From Eledone cirrhosa (Eukaryota), in the NCBI GenBank assembly GCA_964016885.1, contig OZ024746.1, positions 80,290,001 to 80,354,000 on the forward strand: a DNA stretch of 64,000 nt. Direction: 5' to 3'. Positions 13,307 through 28,620 of this stretch are shown in pieces. The notes beneath the pieces were generated by a model, which was not told the DNA's origin, ran no database searches, and saw nothing but the letters and a program-made list of their open reading frames with translations. The position numbers and the translations under genes were made by a program. The stretch's first letter is position 1, and the number at the start of each line of letters is the position of its first letter.

Positions 13307-13416
13307 TCATGTTGTATGTATGTATTCTTATGTTGTGAGTGTATATGTATTCCTATATCCAAGTGTCTAATCTATGAGATTCTATATGGAAATTATTCTT
13401 CACACACACACACACC

Positions 13417-13490
<74 letters not shown>

Positions 13491-13635
13491 CGCGTGTGTG
13501 TGTGCGCGTGTGTGTATATATATATGTATATGTATATATATATATGTGTGTGTGTATATATATATATATATGCATATATATAAGTATAAGTATATATATA
13601 TATATACATATAAATAAGTATATATATATAAATAA

Positions 13636-13731
<96 letters not shown>

Positions 13732-13992
13732 CTTATGTAGCATCAGCAAAATTGAAGTCTTTCTTAACAAAAGATTCTATTGTCTCGTTGAATGAAAAGA
13801 ACAGCACTTATATTTGGAAATATCTACATTAAGCTAGAAATGTGAAAATAATTACTTTCTCCCTTTTACACCGGTTCAGACGCTCGTTGAGATATGTATG
13901 TATGGGAATTTATACGTAGGCACGTGTGTGTGTGCGTATGTGTGTGTATGTACGTGTGTGTGTGTACGTGTGTGTGTGTACGTATATATGTA

Positions 13993-14098
<106 letters not shown>

Positions 14099-14140
14099 AA
14101 CGTACGTGTTCTGGTGTGTGTACATGTGTGTATGTGTATG

Positions 14141-14215
<75 letters not shown>

Positions 14216-14501
14216 GTTCATGCCTTTTATTTATCATTTTATTTTTTCTTGCCCAAAATCCCTCGAAAATAATTTATTATTTACAGTAAAATCAATTACG
14301 ATTTCACTATGAATCTATTATGAAACTGGCTTCTTTTTAATAAACTGTTGTGCGTGATTTGTTGTTGTTGTTCAAATCAGTTAAAAGATAAACAAAATAT
14401 ATACGTGTATATGGTTGTATGTATGTGTGTACATATGAATATATGTTTGTATGTACATATATGTGTGTATGTGTGCGAGTATATATATATATATGTGTAT
14501 A

Positions 14502-14532
<31 letters not shown>

Positions 14533-14568
14533 ATATATATATATATACATACATGCATACATAATTAC

Positions 14569-14685
<117 letters not shown>

Positions 14686-14961
14686 TAATGGAAATGGAAT
14701 CAACACCGCAAAAAATCTCCATATGAAATGAAAAGTAGATTATCTGTAAGATTTTACAAAATCTCTTAAAAATAACATGTCAGACATTGTAAGATATGAA
14801 AATAAGTCTTGGCGATCAAACGATGACGTAGTGGAAAATGTTGCACAACTAAAGTGTGTTTTATTTGAACCTCGAAACATGATGAAAATTAAGTTGCATT
14901 ATGTGCCTATTCACTTGTAAATTAAATATATATGTATATATCTATGTGAATATATAGATAC

Positions 14962-15091
<130 letters not shown>

Positions 15092-15163
15092 ATGTATATA
15101 TATATATGTATATATATATATATGTGTGTGTGTGTGTATGTATATATACATATATATATAATG

Positions 15164-15196
<33 letters not shown>

Positions 15197-15705
15197 GTAT
15201 ATATATGTGAATGTTAGCGGAAATTATAATATTTCCTTTGTCTAACACTTTGAATGACCCGCCAAAAACCGAGGGTTATTTCCCTTGTTGGAAATAACAC
15301 GTGACAACTAAATGTTCGATTCGCTGCTGCTAGCAGCAACATTTAGTATCTCGCCCCGTTCTTTGGTAGAACGAAATTCCTGTTGAAGAAATGAGTCCTC
15401 TGTTCGATCATGAATACCACGAGCTTGCCAGTTACGTAAGTATGATATTTGATTTCGGATTCATAGAAACACTTTAAACGTATAACGTTTGATTTGTCCT
15501 GGTGTATTTTTTCAACCTGTTAGTTCTTTCGTTACTTTGGTATTGTGTGTTAGATCTTGCCTACCACAATGTTCAATTTGTCAAGCTATTTAAACGTATG
15601 TTATTACTCTAAGGACCTACCTTGTCGAGTGCTTTGCTAACTCATTCATATCGTAGGTCGAATTTGCTTGCACACCACCAGAGATTCGATTTTACTAAGC
15701 CTCCA

Positions 15706-15779
<74 letters not shown>

Positions 15780-15781
15780 TA

Positions 15782-15995
15782 TAAGGAAAAAAGATGATCG
15801 CAGTTCTACTGCTTTTCAGATGGAGGGTCTGTGGTTTTTCTCACATCTGTGAGAAAAACCACAAACCCTCCATCTCAACTCTACTTTTGAAAAGCAGAAG
15901 AACTGCGAAACTGGTAAAGGAACCAAATAAATATATATATACTTTTTTTAAAAAGACTCTAGTTGCATCTTCGATTCATCTTTTTCCCTTATACT
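15782..15995 (+). mobile_element. Fold-back element family B with U3-A8 hammerhead at 15884-15919
   Basis: Inverted arms centred at ~15847; motif ctt-TTGAAAA-GCAG aagaa CTGC-GAAA-ctgg-TA-aag; second copy at 46155-46296. Confidence 0.75.
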
Positions 15996-16053
15996 TTCAC
16001 TCGTGTGTGTGTGTATATATATATATATACATACATATGTATATATAAATATA

Positions 16054-16126
<73 letters not shown>

Positions 16127-16302
16127 AATATGGGGAGAAGAATACTGCATGGTTGCACATGGATAACATGTTATAAAATGAGTCCCTCATCAGTGATTTG
16201 CCAACGGTATATATATATATATATATCTTGGCATATTAACGAATCAGCAAGGTAAAATTTATTCCACCATTATATTTCCCTGTTTTTTCTGTTCAACTTC
16301 TA

Positions 16303-16361
16303 GCTGCCTGGTGAGGTCATAGCTGTTGAATAATGGTTAACACCGGAATATATATTGCAGC
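16303..16361 (+). ncRNA. Degenerate hammerhead motif
   Basis: gctgc-CTGGTGA-GGTC...CACC-GGAA-TATATA-TT-gcagc (two core A-to-G changes); inverted arms 16418-16458 and 16650-16690 lie downstream. Confidence 0.55.
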
Positions 16362-16707
16362 GAATATAAATAAACGAAATTAATTTTAACTTGTTGACTT
16401 ACACTTCTTGTTATATCATCTCAACACATATGCCTGCTACCTAAGGTTTCAAACTTCAACCACCATAGTACTTAGACATTCTACATCTGCTAGTATAATT
16501 ATAATTATCTTTTAGCAGAACCAAGATGGCTGAACGTTATCTCTATATATATAATATCTCGTCTGATATAAGGGAGGTTATAATATGATGTTTTTTTGCA
16601 ATGTTGATATACATGGGAAGCAACTCATATGTCAATGTACTATGCTGCCTGAAGTTTGAAACCTTAGGTAGCATGCATTTTTGTTGAGATATTATTCATA
16701 TAATATT

Positions 16708-16753
<46 letters not shown>

Positions 16754-18984
16754 CGCGTGTGTGTAGAGGAGTGTGTGTGTGTGTGTTTGTCTGTGTGTGC
16801 AGTTCGGTTTATTAGATTACCGATAATCCTGCTACATTCAGCGCTCAATACATATAAAGAGAAGAAGAGTGAAGAAAAAAATGAGAGAGTGAAAGAGGGA
16901 GAGAGACGAAGGTATGGCTATATTCTTAAGGATTTCTGTTCGCAACCACGTTGTCTCGGATTCACTTCTACTACGCGGCTCCTTAGGCAAGTGTCTTCTT
17001 TATTATAGGCTGAAATTGACCAATGCCTTGTGATTAAAATTTGACACACGGAAACTACCGTATATATAGGGTCTGCCCACCGTATATATAGGGTCTGCCT
17101 GTGCCTGTGTGTGTCTGTGTATGCTTGTGTTTGTGTCTGTGTTTATGATCTGTAACCTAGCAGTCCGACTAAAAGTGAATGATAATAGCAGGCTTTTAAA
17201 GATTTACTATGTTCGAAATATGTTTATGGTGGTATCCCAAATGGCCGCAGTTTAATTACTAAAACTAGTAAAACAATAACATATAAATTAATAAATGAAT
17301 ATTCGAGTTAGAATATTTTGGAGAATTAACCCTAAAGTTCTGACTATTATTAATATTATATTTGTTACCCCCCTCCCCTTTTTTTTTCTTAGAAATTTAC
17401 CTAAGTGCTGAATACTTTAGTCTATTTTCTAAGATTTCTTCTGTTGTGGTCGCTAAATGTAGCAATGTTAATTTTAAAATATTCGTTCATTCCTATATCG
17501 ACTAACATAATATCAGCTTTTCTGTAAATCGATGACCGAGTCTGTTTCAGTGTTAAAGTGCCATGAATTAATTAATTAATTAATTTTTTTCATTATTTTA
17601 TATTCTTTTTTTTTTGCATTTTTTTTTTTTTGCATTTTTTTTTTTGCATTTTTTTTTTTGCATTTTTTTTTTTTGCATTTTTTTATTTTGCATTTTTTTG
17701 GCATTGTTGTTTTCCAGTACATTTCCGATTATCATGCTTGGGTCACTTCACAGTAATTTGAAATCCATATTTTCGACATAAATTCCAATGAACATACTTA
17801 TCGTGGCGGCATTATTTTTTTATTGTTGTTGTTGTTGTTTCAGCCCCAGGTCAATATTGATTAAGTAAACCTGTAAGCAAAGGATATTCAGCAGTATAAC
17901 CTTTAGCACATCCATCTGAACATGTTCCTTTCATCCTGTCACAGTTTTTGTTATTAATACAATGACATCTTTCTTACAGCAGTAATTTACGATTACATTA
18001 TCAAATGTGTTCTTGTTTAAGATATGATTTGGCGTTATAATTCTTGTGGACTAGCATTTTGGAGCATCAGGTATTCTTTTCCAGTTAGAATCTAGTTTCC
18101 TTTGTGATAGGTGCCTTGCTTCCCGAACTTGTATTGGGTGACTCTGTGTGACTACCTATAAGTTTCCTTCACATAAGCAACGCTAGGATTTATAATGTAG
18201 CGACAGCCTTATGTAAGGGTTTTCTGTATTACTAAGTCGACAACAATGTCCTTCAGAAAGGCTCCGATTTTGTACTTTTAGCGTTTTTCAATGCACTACG
18301 CGTGATCTTGCCTTCTGTTAAGAAATGTACGAATTATTTAAGAAATTCGGTAATTTTCACATTCATATTGTAACATCTGCAGATTTAAATTAATTTTCTC
18401 TGCACAAAATAACTGTGAGAATTGGACCGACTTGTAACAAATGATAGACGGGCAATGGCTTCAAAATTTGAAGTAATTTGTGGTTTGCCGTGTAAAGTAG
18501 CGATTGTAGAGCTTTTAACTAGAATGAGAAGCAATACATCTCTACAAGACATAGACATACAGTAGAAAGCATATTATTTTCAACGTGTTTCTATATATCT
18601 GTGTAAGAGGAAGAAAGAGAAGGAGAGAAAGAATGTGTGTGCGTGTGTGTGTGTGTATGTGTGTGTGGGGGGGGGGGGTGAAAGAGCGTGATGGTGATAG
18701 ATGTAATGGAAAGGTTTTAGAAGGCATTAATGTTAGTAATAGCGAATGGATGAAACAGAAGAGCTGGAAAGGAAGGAAACGTCAGGACATTAAAGAGAAA
18801 TTGGAAGCACAATGACTGGGGGGGGGGGGGTGAAAATAATAGTTAAGGAAATATGTATCTTATATCAAGTAAAGACTTGTTGGATAATTGTCACCACCTT
18901 TAAAGTTCTGTGGAATAATTGTCAGCATCTCTCTCTTATCTGGGGTAATGGATGGATCGATGAATCACAACACCTGTAGTCAAT

Positions 18985-21490
18985 GTGGCCATGAGTTAAC
19001 CTCAACGTTCGTGGCCATATGTTAACCACAATATTAATGGTCATGTGTTAACTACAACATTAATGGTCATGTGTTAACTACAGCACCAGTGGCTATATGT
19101 TAACTACAGCACCAGTGGTTATGTTAACTACAATATTAGTGGTTAAATATTAACTACAAACCAATGGCTATATGTTAACTACAGCACCAGTGGTTATGTT
19201 AACTACAATATTAGTGGTTATATGTTAACTACAGCACCAGTGGTTATGTTAACTACAACATTAATGGTCATGTGTTAACTACAGCACCAGTGGCTATATG
19301 TTAACTACAGCACCAGTGGTTATGTTAACTACAATATTAGTGGTTATATGTTAACTACAGCACCAGTGGTTATGTTAACTACAACATTAATGGTCATGTG
19401 TTAACTACAGCACCAGTGGCTATATGTTAACTACAGCACCAGTGGTTATGTTAACTACAATATTAGTGGTTATATGTTAACTACAGCACCAGTGGTTATG
19501 TTAACTACAACATTAATGGTCATGTGTTAACTACAGCACCAGTGGCTATATGTTAACTACAGCACCAGTGGTTATGTTAACTACAATATTAGTGGTTATA
19601 TGTTAACTACAGCACCACTGGTTAAATGTTAACTACAAACCAATGGTTATGTTAACTACAATATTAGTGGTTATATGTTAACTATAGCACCAGTGGTTAA
19701 ATATTAACTACAAACCAATGGCTATATGTTAACTACAGCACCAGTGGTTATGTTAACTACAATATTAGTGGTTATATGTTAACTACAGCACCAGTGGTTA
19801 TGTTAACTACAATATTAGTGGTTATATGTTAACTACAGCACCAGTGGTTATGTTAACTACAATATTAGTGGTTATATGTTAACTACAGCACCAGTGGTTA
19901 TGTTAACTACAATATTAGTGGTTATATGTTAACTATAGCACCAGTGGTTAAATATTAACTACAAACCAATGGCTATATGTTAACTACAGCACCAGTGGTT
20001 ATGTTAACTACAATATTAGTGGTTATATGTTAACTACAGCACCAGTGGTTATGTTAACTACAATATTAGTGGTTATATGTTAACTACAGCACCAGTGGTT
20101 ATGTTAACTACAATATTAGTGGTTATATGTTAACTACAGCACCAGTGGTTAAATGTTAACTACAAACCAATGGTTATATTAACTACAATATTAGTGGCTA
20201 TATGTTAACTACAGCCCAGTGGTTAAATGTTTAACTACAGCACCAGTGGTTATGTTAACTACAATATTAGTGGTTATATGTTAACTACAGCACCAGTGGT
20301 TATGTTAACTACACTATTAGTGGTTATATGTTAACTACAGCACCAGTGGTTAAATGTTAACTAAAAACCAATGGTTATGTTAACTACAATGTTAGTAGTT
20401 ATATGTTAACTACAGCACCAGTGGTTAAATGTTAACTACAAACCAATGGTTTTATTAACTACAATGTTAGTGGTTATATGTTAACTACAACATTACTGGT
20501 TATATGTTAACTTCAACACCGGTGGTCATATGTTAACTACAACATTACTGGTTATATGTTAACTACAACATTACTGGTTATATGTTAACTACAACATTAC
20601 TGGTTATATGTTAACTACAACATTACTGGTTATATGTTAACTACAACATTACTGGTTATATGTTAACTACAGCACCAGTGGTTATATGTTAACTACAACA
20701 TTACTGGTTATATGTTAACTACAACATTACTGGTTATATGTTAACTACAACATTACTGGTTATATGTTAACTACGGCACCAGTGGTCATGTGTTAACTAC
20801 AGCACCAGTGGTTATATGTTAACTACAACATTACTGGTTATATGTTAACTACAGCACCAGTGGTTATATGTTAACTACAACATTACTGGTTATATGTTAA
20901 CTACAACATTACTGGTTATATGTTAACTACAACATTACTGGTTATATGTTAACTACAACATTAGTGGTCATATGTTAACTACAACATTACTGGTTATATG
21001 TTAACTACAACATTACTGGTTATATGTTAACTACGGCACCAGTGGTCATATGTTAACTATAGCACCAGTGGTTATATGTTAACTACAACATTACTGGTTA
21101 TATGTTAACTACAACATTACTGGTTATATGTTAACTACGGCACCAGTGGTCATATGTTAACTACAACATTAGTGGTTATATGTTAACTACAACATTAGTG
21201 GTTATATGTTAACTACAACATTACTGGTTATATGTTAACTACAACATTACTGGTTATATGTTAACTACGGCACCAGTGGTCATATGTTAACTACAGCACC
21301 AGTGGTTATATGTTAACTACAACATTAGTGGTTATATGTTAACTACAACATTACTGGTTATATGTTAACTACAACATTACTGGTTATATGTTAACTACGG
21401 CACCAGTGGTCATGTGTTAACTACGGCACCAGTGGTTATATGTTAACTACAGCACCATATTAATGGTCATGTGTTAACTACAACGCTAGT
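18985..21490. repeat. 24-26 bp hairpin-unit minisatellite (~2.5 kb)
   Basis: Unit GTTAACTAC-[AGCACCA|AATATTA|AACATTA]-(G/C)TGGTTATAT in higher-order patterns. Confidence 0.95.
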
Positions 21491-21565
21491 AGCAAACAAA
21501 GGGCATCACAAACACAACTGTTGTGAATACAGTTACATTTACACACGTACACACACTAACGCACA

Positions 21566-21633
<68 letters not shown>

Positions 21634-21637
<4 letters not shown>

Positions 21638-21783
21638 ATAATAATAAATGTGAAGACTAAAATCCAAAGAGGACTCGATAAGGATAAATATATATCAAAT
21701 ATTGATCTTTGTTTTAGTTTCAGAAGATCCCGTTAAAAGTGAAAAGCACCGATTCTTTGCTTAAACTTTAATCTGTTATTATA

Positions 21784-21790
<7 letters not shown>
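21634..21790 (-). mobile_element. (TA)n-embedded tail fragment, family shared with 46343-46485 and partly 49935-50048
   Basis: Shared AGTAATAATAATAAATGTGRAGACTAAA...GAGGRCTCGATAAGGATAA and GAAA(A)GCA.CGATTCTTTGC.TAAACTTTAAT. Confidence 0.6.
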
Positions 21791-21826
<36 letters not shown>

Positions 21827-22590
21827 CAGAATGGATATTCAGTTATATATATATATATATACTGTAGGTGCAAAAATAGACGGTGTTTATGACCTTTGTT
21901 AAGAGAAGTGAAGTTGATATGTTTGATGTTTGTTTGTTGTTCTATAGGTTGACAATTATTGTTCTGGGAAATGACTCTAGGAAATCGTTTAGTACAGAGT
22001 TTATAAGGTATCAGATACAGTAAGTAGTGATAAGAGAAGAAGAAGCGAGTTTATCGAGGGCACTTGATTACGAAGCTGGGCACTTAAGAGGTCCAGAAGC
22101 CGTTGTTTTAGCGATAACAGAGACAAAGAAAGAACAATAGCGCTTATGAGATAATGTAGTGTGTTAAGCTTTATTTTTAATTGTTTAATCAGTTAGAAGT
22201 GGCTGCGCCTATGATCTTCGCTGGCTTTCATTGACTGTTGAGCTTGGCCAATGAACTAGAGCGTCATTTTTTTTTTTTTTAGTATGTAGTTTAGTATGTT
22301 TAAGTACAAGGCAGCGACAACATCCTAGATATGTTACCAGTGCTCTAATATTAGGCATTTCTTGAACTTTGAAGAGGCCCTCAATTGATCAAGGGTAATG
22401 TATTTTCTGATGCTCAATGAGGAATTTTCTCCTTCGGGTATTCTTTGGCAATGTTTCAAAAACATATTGATATATAAACTTCAAAGACATTGCCACTTTT
22501 CTACTTAGAATATAAATTTCCACATCCTACCCATCTGTATTGAGTGCTCATTCAGTTAATATTTGAATATTTTGAATAGTACGGTATTTT

Positions 22591-22693
<103 letters not shown>

Positions 22694-22880
22694 GGGCGGT
22701 GAATTGGCAGTATCGGTAGAGGGTCGGACATGCTTTCCAGGATAGTTACGTCCCTTTATGATCTGAGTTGAAATCCCGCCGAGGTTAACTTTGCCTTTCA
22801 TCCATACGGGGGCGATAAAATAAAGCACCAGTAATGTGCTGGGTAATTGCTGGCCTTGTGCCTAAAGTAGAAAGAATTAT
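22694..22880 (+). mobile_element. SINE, full length
   Basis: GGGCGGTGAATTGGCAGTATCGGTAGAG...GAGTTGAAATCC...GGCCTTGTGCCTAAAGTAGAAA. Confidence 0.9.
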
Positions 22881-23033
22881 ATATATATATATATATATGG
22901 GATAACAAGTTAATCCAGTTAGAGGTTGTGAGTACTCTGAGTCATGGATAGACTCACCTGATCAATGAAAAAATTGTTAATACCTGAAATAAAGCGCCTT
23001 GTTGTACAGCCAACCATGTTACTCTTCATTCTT

Positions 23034-23069
<36 letters not shown>

Positions 23070-23154
23070 GAAAAATTGAACAGGGACAGAACAGAGAGGC
23101 AGTACGATAAATGTTTATTAAATTCACGCTCAGGAGAGTGGGGGGTAGGTGGGG

Positions 23155-23188
23155 GATGACGTTTCGGGCATAAGCCCTTCTTCAGGTG
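23155..23188 (-). ncRNA. Minimal PLE-type hammerhead core (stem I degenerate)
   Basis: Minus strand reads CTGAAGA-A-GGGC ttat GCCC-GAAA-CG-TC, followed downstream by AATAAA. Confidence 0.7.
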
Positions 23189-24137
23189 AGAGTTCAAAAG
23201 GTGTGTAGGGGAGTGGTGGAGAGACATATAGCGAAAGGAAACGGTGCGAATGAAAAATTAACAAATAAAGACAAAAATATAATAAATAATAAATAAAAAT
23301 AAAGCATATATATATATGGGTGGATGAGGTGTATTTATGCACATATATATAGTGACTAGAAATAGGTGGATATTTTGTGGTATTGAAATTTGGCTTTCTA
23401 ATAGAGTGGTGTTACACCTTCGGCTGGTCCACCTGAAAGGTTTGGTTATGAAGCAAAAAAAAAAAAAACGACGAAATTCATAAGAACAAGGAAGTGAGGA
23501 ATTTTTTACATACGACAATTCTAAAATCTAAATCAATTAAAAATAATTTTATATGTATCTTATTATAGAATTGTGTTCTTGAGCAAGATACTTTACTTCG
23601 CGTTGTTCCTTCTGCCAGGAGTTTGCGACAGACAGATAGCATCAGCGATTGAAATATAAACGGAAACATTCTTTCCTTGGCCCGATCAGACAATCTGCTT
23701 CTTTCTTCTTCTTCTTTTCCGTTGCATAATGCAATTAAAAGCAAATTTATATTTGGTGGTCCACGAAATTTTGCCTTATGAATTTTCTGGAGCGGCATCT
23801 GAAAAGTTTGAGCATCACTGTAAGAAAGGATAGAGAGGTAGTTAGATATACAGAATAGAAACGGACAGTTGATGTAATTGGAGGCTTTTCTGGACAAGTG
23901 AAACTGGTTGAAGGTAATGTGATATGGTAGAGTATGGTATGGTGTGGAGTGGTGTGGCGGGGAGTGTGCAGTGCTGTGTTGCATTATTACGAGGTGGGGG
24001 GTCAAAAGGGGGAGAAAATAGCGGCTATAAAATAAAGCAAGCTAAAACAATAGCAACATTAGCAACAACAACAGCAACAACAACAACTACTACTACTACT
24101 ACTACTATTACTACTACTACTACTAATAATAATAATA

Positions 24138-24238
24138 ATTTGTTCTACTTTAGGCACAAGGCCAGCAATTAACCAGTACATTACTGGTACTTTATTTTAT
24201 CGACCCCGTAAGGATGAAAGGCAAAGTAAACCTCGGTG
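24138..24238 (-). mobile_element. Partial SINE within (AAT)/(ACT) repeats
   Basis: Contains the 3' half of the SINE consensus. Confidence 0.8.
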
Positions 24239-25175
24239 ATAATAATAATAATAATAATAATGGTACTACTACTATTACTACTACTACTGCTGCTACTATT
24301 ACTACTACTACTACTGCTGTTGCTGCTAGTACTACTACTACTACTGCTGCTGCTCTCCTCATCCTATTACTACTACTACAAAAACAAGAAGGCAACATTA
24401 CTAAAGTAATCAGACAGTAGAAATAAACAGTTATAACGGCAATGTGTACAATAATTTGACATCCCTCGTAATAAAAAGAGCCATAATCATTGCCGATTCA
24501 AAAGCGAAACATCAAATGGACGGCGTTAAATTTCCGTTGATGTTGGTACAACTGTATATTTACAGAACTTCTGCTGCCAGGCCAGTTTAACTGTGATACA
24601 GCAATTTAAAAGGGCTTCTCAGGTGCTACTATTGATTTTTGTACATACATATATACATATATACATACGTACGTACATACATACGTACATACATACGTAC
24701 ATACATACATTCGTACATATATACGTACATATATACGTACATATTTACGTACATACATACGTACGTACATACATTCGTACATACATACGTACATACATAC
24801 GTAAGTACATATATACGTACATACATACGTACATATATATGTACATACATACGTACGTACATACATTCGTACATATATACGTACATACATACGTACATAC
24901 ATGCGTACATACGTACATACATACATACATACATACATACATACATACATACATACATACATACATACATACATACATACATACATACATACATACATAC
25001 ATACATAAATATTGGTTTACGAAGCTAGCCGAAGAGAATATTCTCAATATATTATATATATATATATATACATATGCATACACATATACACATGCACACG
25101 CACACACACATATATATATATATTTATGTGTGAATATATACGTATATATATTATGTACGTAAATATACGCATTTA

Positions 25176-25218
<43 letters not shown>

Positions 25219-25330
25219 GCGTATGTGTATATGTATATATATATTTATGCATATGTGTATATGTACGTATATATATATATATATATTTATATATATACGT
25301 ACATATATATACGTACATATACACATACGC

Positions 25331-25381
<51 letters not shown>

Positions 25382-25408
25382 CATATATATATGTACATAT
25401 ACATATAC

Positions 25409-25444
<36 letters not shown>

Positions 25445-25466
25445 GTACATATACACATACGCATAA

Positions 25467-25506
<40 letters not shown>

Positions 25507-25837
25507 ATTTATGTATGTATATGTTTATATGTATTTGTATGTTTATGCAATGTGTAAGCACGTAGACGTGAGTGAGGCTTTGGACACACGAAGTGGGGAG
25601 AGAGCGTGTGGTATCTCAATACATACACACACGCACACACACACAATAAAAACGCAGTACACAAATACACACACACACACACACGCACACACAGCGTTGT
25701 ACACACATATTTAGATATAGAAAACAATAGAACATAGATAGACATAAGGAAGATGTAGAGAAAGTGGAACTATATCGATATCAGAGGGGGAATCAGTGGA
25801 GTCAAAGAACGAAAACGATCATTTCCTGACCTTTCGA

Positions 25838-26796
25838 CACGCACATGCACACACACACACACACACACGCACACACACACACGCGCACACTCACACACAT
25901 ACACACACACGTACACATACCCACACACATGCGCACATACACACATACACTCACACACACGCACACACAGACACACACACGCACACATACATACATACAC
26001 ACACACGTACACATACCCACACACATGCGCACATACACACATACACTCACACACATACACACGCACACACAGACACACACACACACACATACATACATGC
26101 ACACATGCACACACGCACTCGCACAAACACACATACCCACACACACACACACATCCACATCCAGATACCGCAACATACATACATATAGATGCCCTTATAC
26201 ACACATACATACACATATACACGTACAACGCGCACACACACACACACACACATACGCGCGCGCGCGCGTGTGTGTGCACACACTCACACACATACATACA
26301 TACGTACACATACCCACACACATGCGCACATACACACATACACTCACACGCATACACACGCACACACAGACACACGCACACACACATACATACATACACA
26401 CATGCACACACACACTCGCACAAACACACACACCCACATCCAGATACCGAAATATACATACATATAGATGTCCTTATACACACATACATACACATATACA
26501 CGTACAACGCGCACACACACATACAAACCCAAGCAGGCATACAATACACATTGACACACACACACACGCGGGCGCGCGCGTGTGTGTGTGTGCGCACACT
26601 CACACATACGTACACATACCCACACACATGCGCACATACACACATACACTCACACACATACTCACGCACACACCCACATACATACATACATACATGCACA
26701 CACACACTCGCACAAACACACACCCACATCCAGATACCGCAACATACATACATATAGATACCCTTATACACACATACATACACATATACACGTACA

Positions 26797-26836
<40 letters not shown>

Positions 26837-27030
26837 AACCCAAGCAGGCATACAATACACACTGACACACACACACATACACACACACAAATTTAGGCAT
26901 TTGTACACATTTCTATCCACAGACTCACACCACCCTCACAAATACATATACAAACACACGTATACACACATACACGTATACACACATACACGTATACACA
27001 CATACACGTATACACACATACACACATACA
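25838..27030. repeat. CA-rich compound repeat with ~280-290 bp higher-order periodicity
   Basis: CACATCCAGATACCG...ATAGAT.CCCTTATACAC recurs at ~26155, 26435 and 26725. Confidence 0.85.
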
Positions 27031-27149
27031 AGCTATCATACCTATTCCTACCCACACCCACGCGTACACCCTCTTGTTTCCTTTGATCTTGTGCCAGACC
27101 GACAGACATAACGAAGTTGGGACAAATACAAAGGATTTACCCAGACGGA

Positions 27150-27720
27150 TGTGATGATGATGGTGGTGGTGGTGGTGGTGGTGGTGGTGGTGTCATTGGT
27201 GTTGGGGGCGGTGGTAGTGGTGTTATTGGTGGTGATGGTGGTGCTGGTGGCGATGGCGATGGTGATGGTGGTTGTTGTAGTGGTGGTGATGGTGGTGATG
27301 GTGGTGATGGTGGTGATGGTGGTTGTTGTAGTGGTGGTGGTGGTGGTGGTGGTGGTGGTGGTGGTGGTGGTGGTGGTGGTGGTGGTGGTGGTAGCGATGG
27401 GGGGTCGTGATGGTGGCGGTGTTATTGGTGGTGGTGTGGATGGGATGGTGTTATTGGTGGGGGTAGTGGGGGGGGGGGGGGGGGGGGTATTGGCGGTGGC
27501 GATGGGAGGGGGGGTATTGGTGGTGTTGGTGATCATGTTAATTGTGGTGGTAATGTGGTGGTCTTCTTGATGATGGTGATGGTGGTGTTGGAGTTGGTAG
27601 AGGTGTAGGTAGTTTGTAGTAGTGGTGGTGGTGGTGGTGGTGGTGATGGTGTTGGTGGTGGTGGAGCTGTTGGTTATTTTGGCGATGGTGATGGTGATGG
27701 TGATAGCATGAGTATAGCGA
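27150..27720. repeat. Degenerate (GGT)n trinucleotide tract
   Basis: Direct inspection. Confidence 0.9.
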
Positions 27721-27787
27721 AGCTAGTAAAGTACCATTGATAGTGATGGCGCTGGTGATGGATGTTGCCGTTGTGTTAGTAACTCCA

Positions 27788-28192
27788 ATAGTTTCTAATT
27801 TAGGCACAAGGCCAGCAATTGTGTAAGGGAAAAGGGGGAAAGGGGTCAATTATACCGACCCAATAGTCGACTGGTACTTTATTTTAACCCCCCGCGAGGA
27901 TAAAAGGCAAATTTGACCATGGAGGGACTTTTGAACTCAGAAGGTAAAAAGCTGGAATAAATACCGCAAAGCAATTTGTCCGACGCTCTAACGATTCTGC
28001 CAGTTCACTGCTAGCAATGTTTAATTGTTTCTACTTTTGGCACATGGCCAGCAATTTACCAGTACATTACTGGTACTTTATTTTATCGACCCCGTAAGGA
28101 TGAAAGGCAAAGTAAACCTCAGCGAGATTTGAACTCAGATCATAAAGGGACGTAACTCTATGCTTCAAAGCATGGCGTCTGACCCTCTGCCG
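27788..28192 (-). mobile_element. Two tandem SINE copies
   Basis: Units at ~27788-28012 and 28023-28192. Confidence 0.85.
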
Positions 28193-28620
28193 TAATGTTT
28201 AATGGTGGTTAAAAGTGAAGGTGCTTGTCATGGGGGAGGGGCGTGGTAATTATGACAAGTATGTTTATTTTAGTGGGGGGGGGGGCTTCTTTTTTTCCTT
28301 CCAATGTTGTTTTCATACATATGTTGTTTATAAAAATACAAAATTTGCACCCTTTTTCGTTTTACGGGTTTGTCACAGGAGAAAGGGGCCACTCATGACC
28401 ATTTTTGCAGAACCTTCGACGCTGTTAGTGACGCTGGTTGCCCTCATCCATATCCTCTCACGGCACGGCACTCTCCGCGATTTCATTAAGCCCGGCTTGG
28501 ACGCTTGCTGGCTTCCTATCGCAGCCCGATCCGGTGGGGGTAAAACTAAGGGAACGGCAAAAGGCCAGATCACATCTCAAACTTCTCGTTGCGATATACC
28601 ACCTTGACTAAGGTGTAGAA

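Noticed and set aside
18985-21490. CRISPR array
   Set aside because: The variable parts are only ~7 nt and recur many times, there are no cas genes, and the context is eukaryotic.
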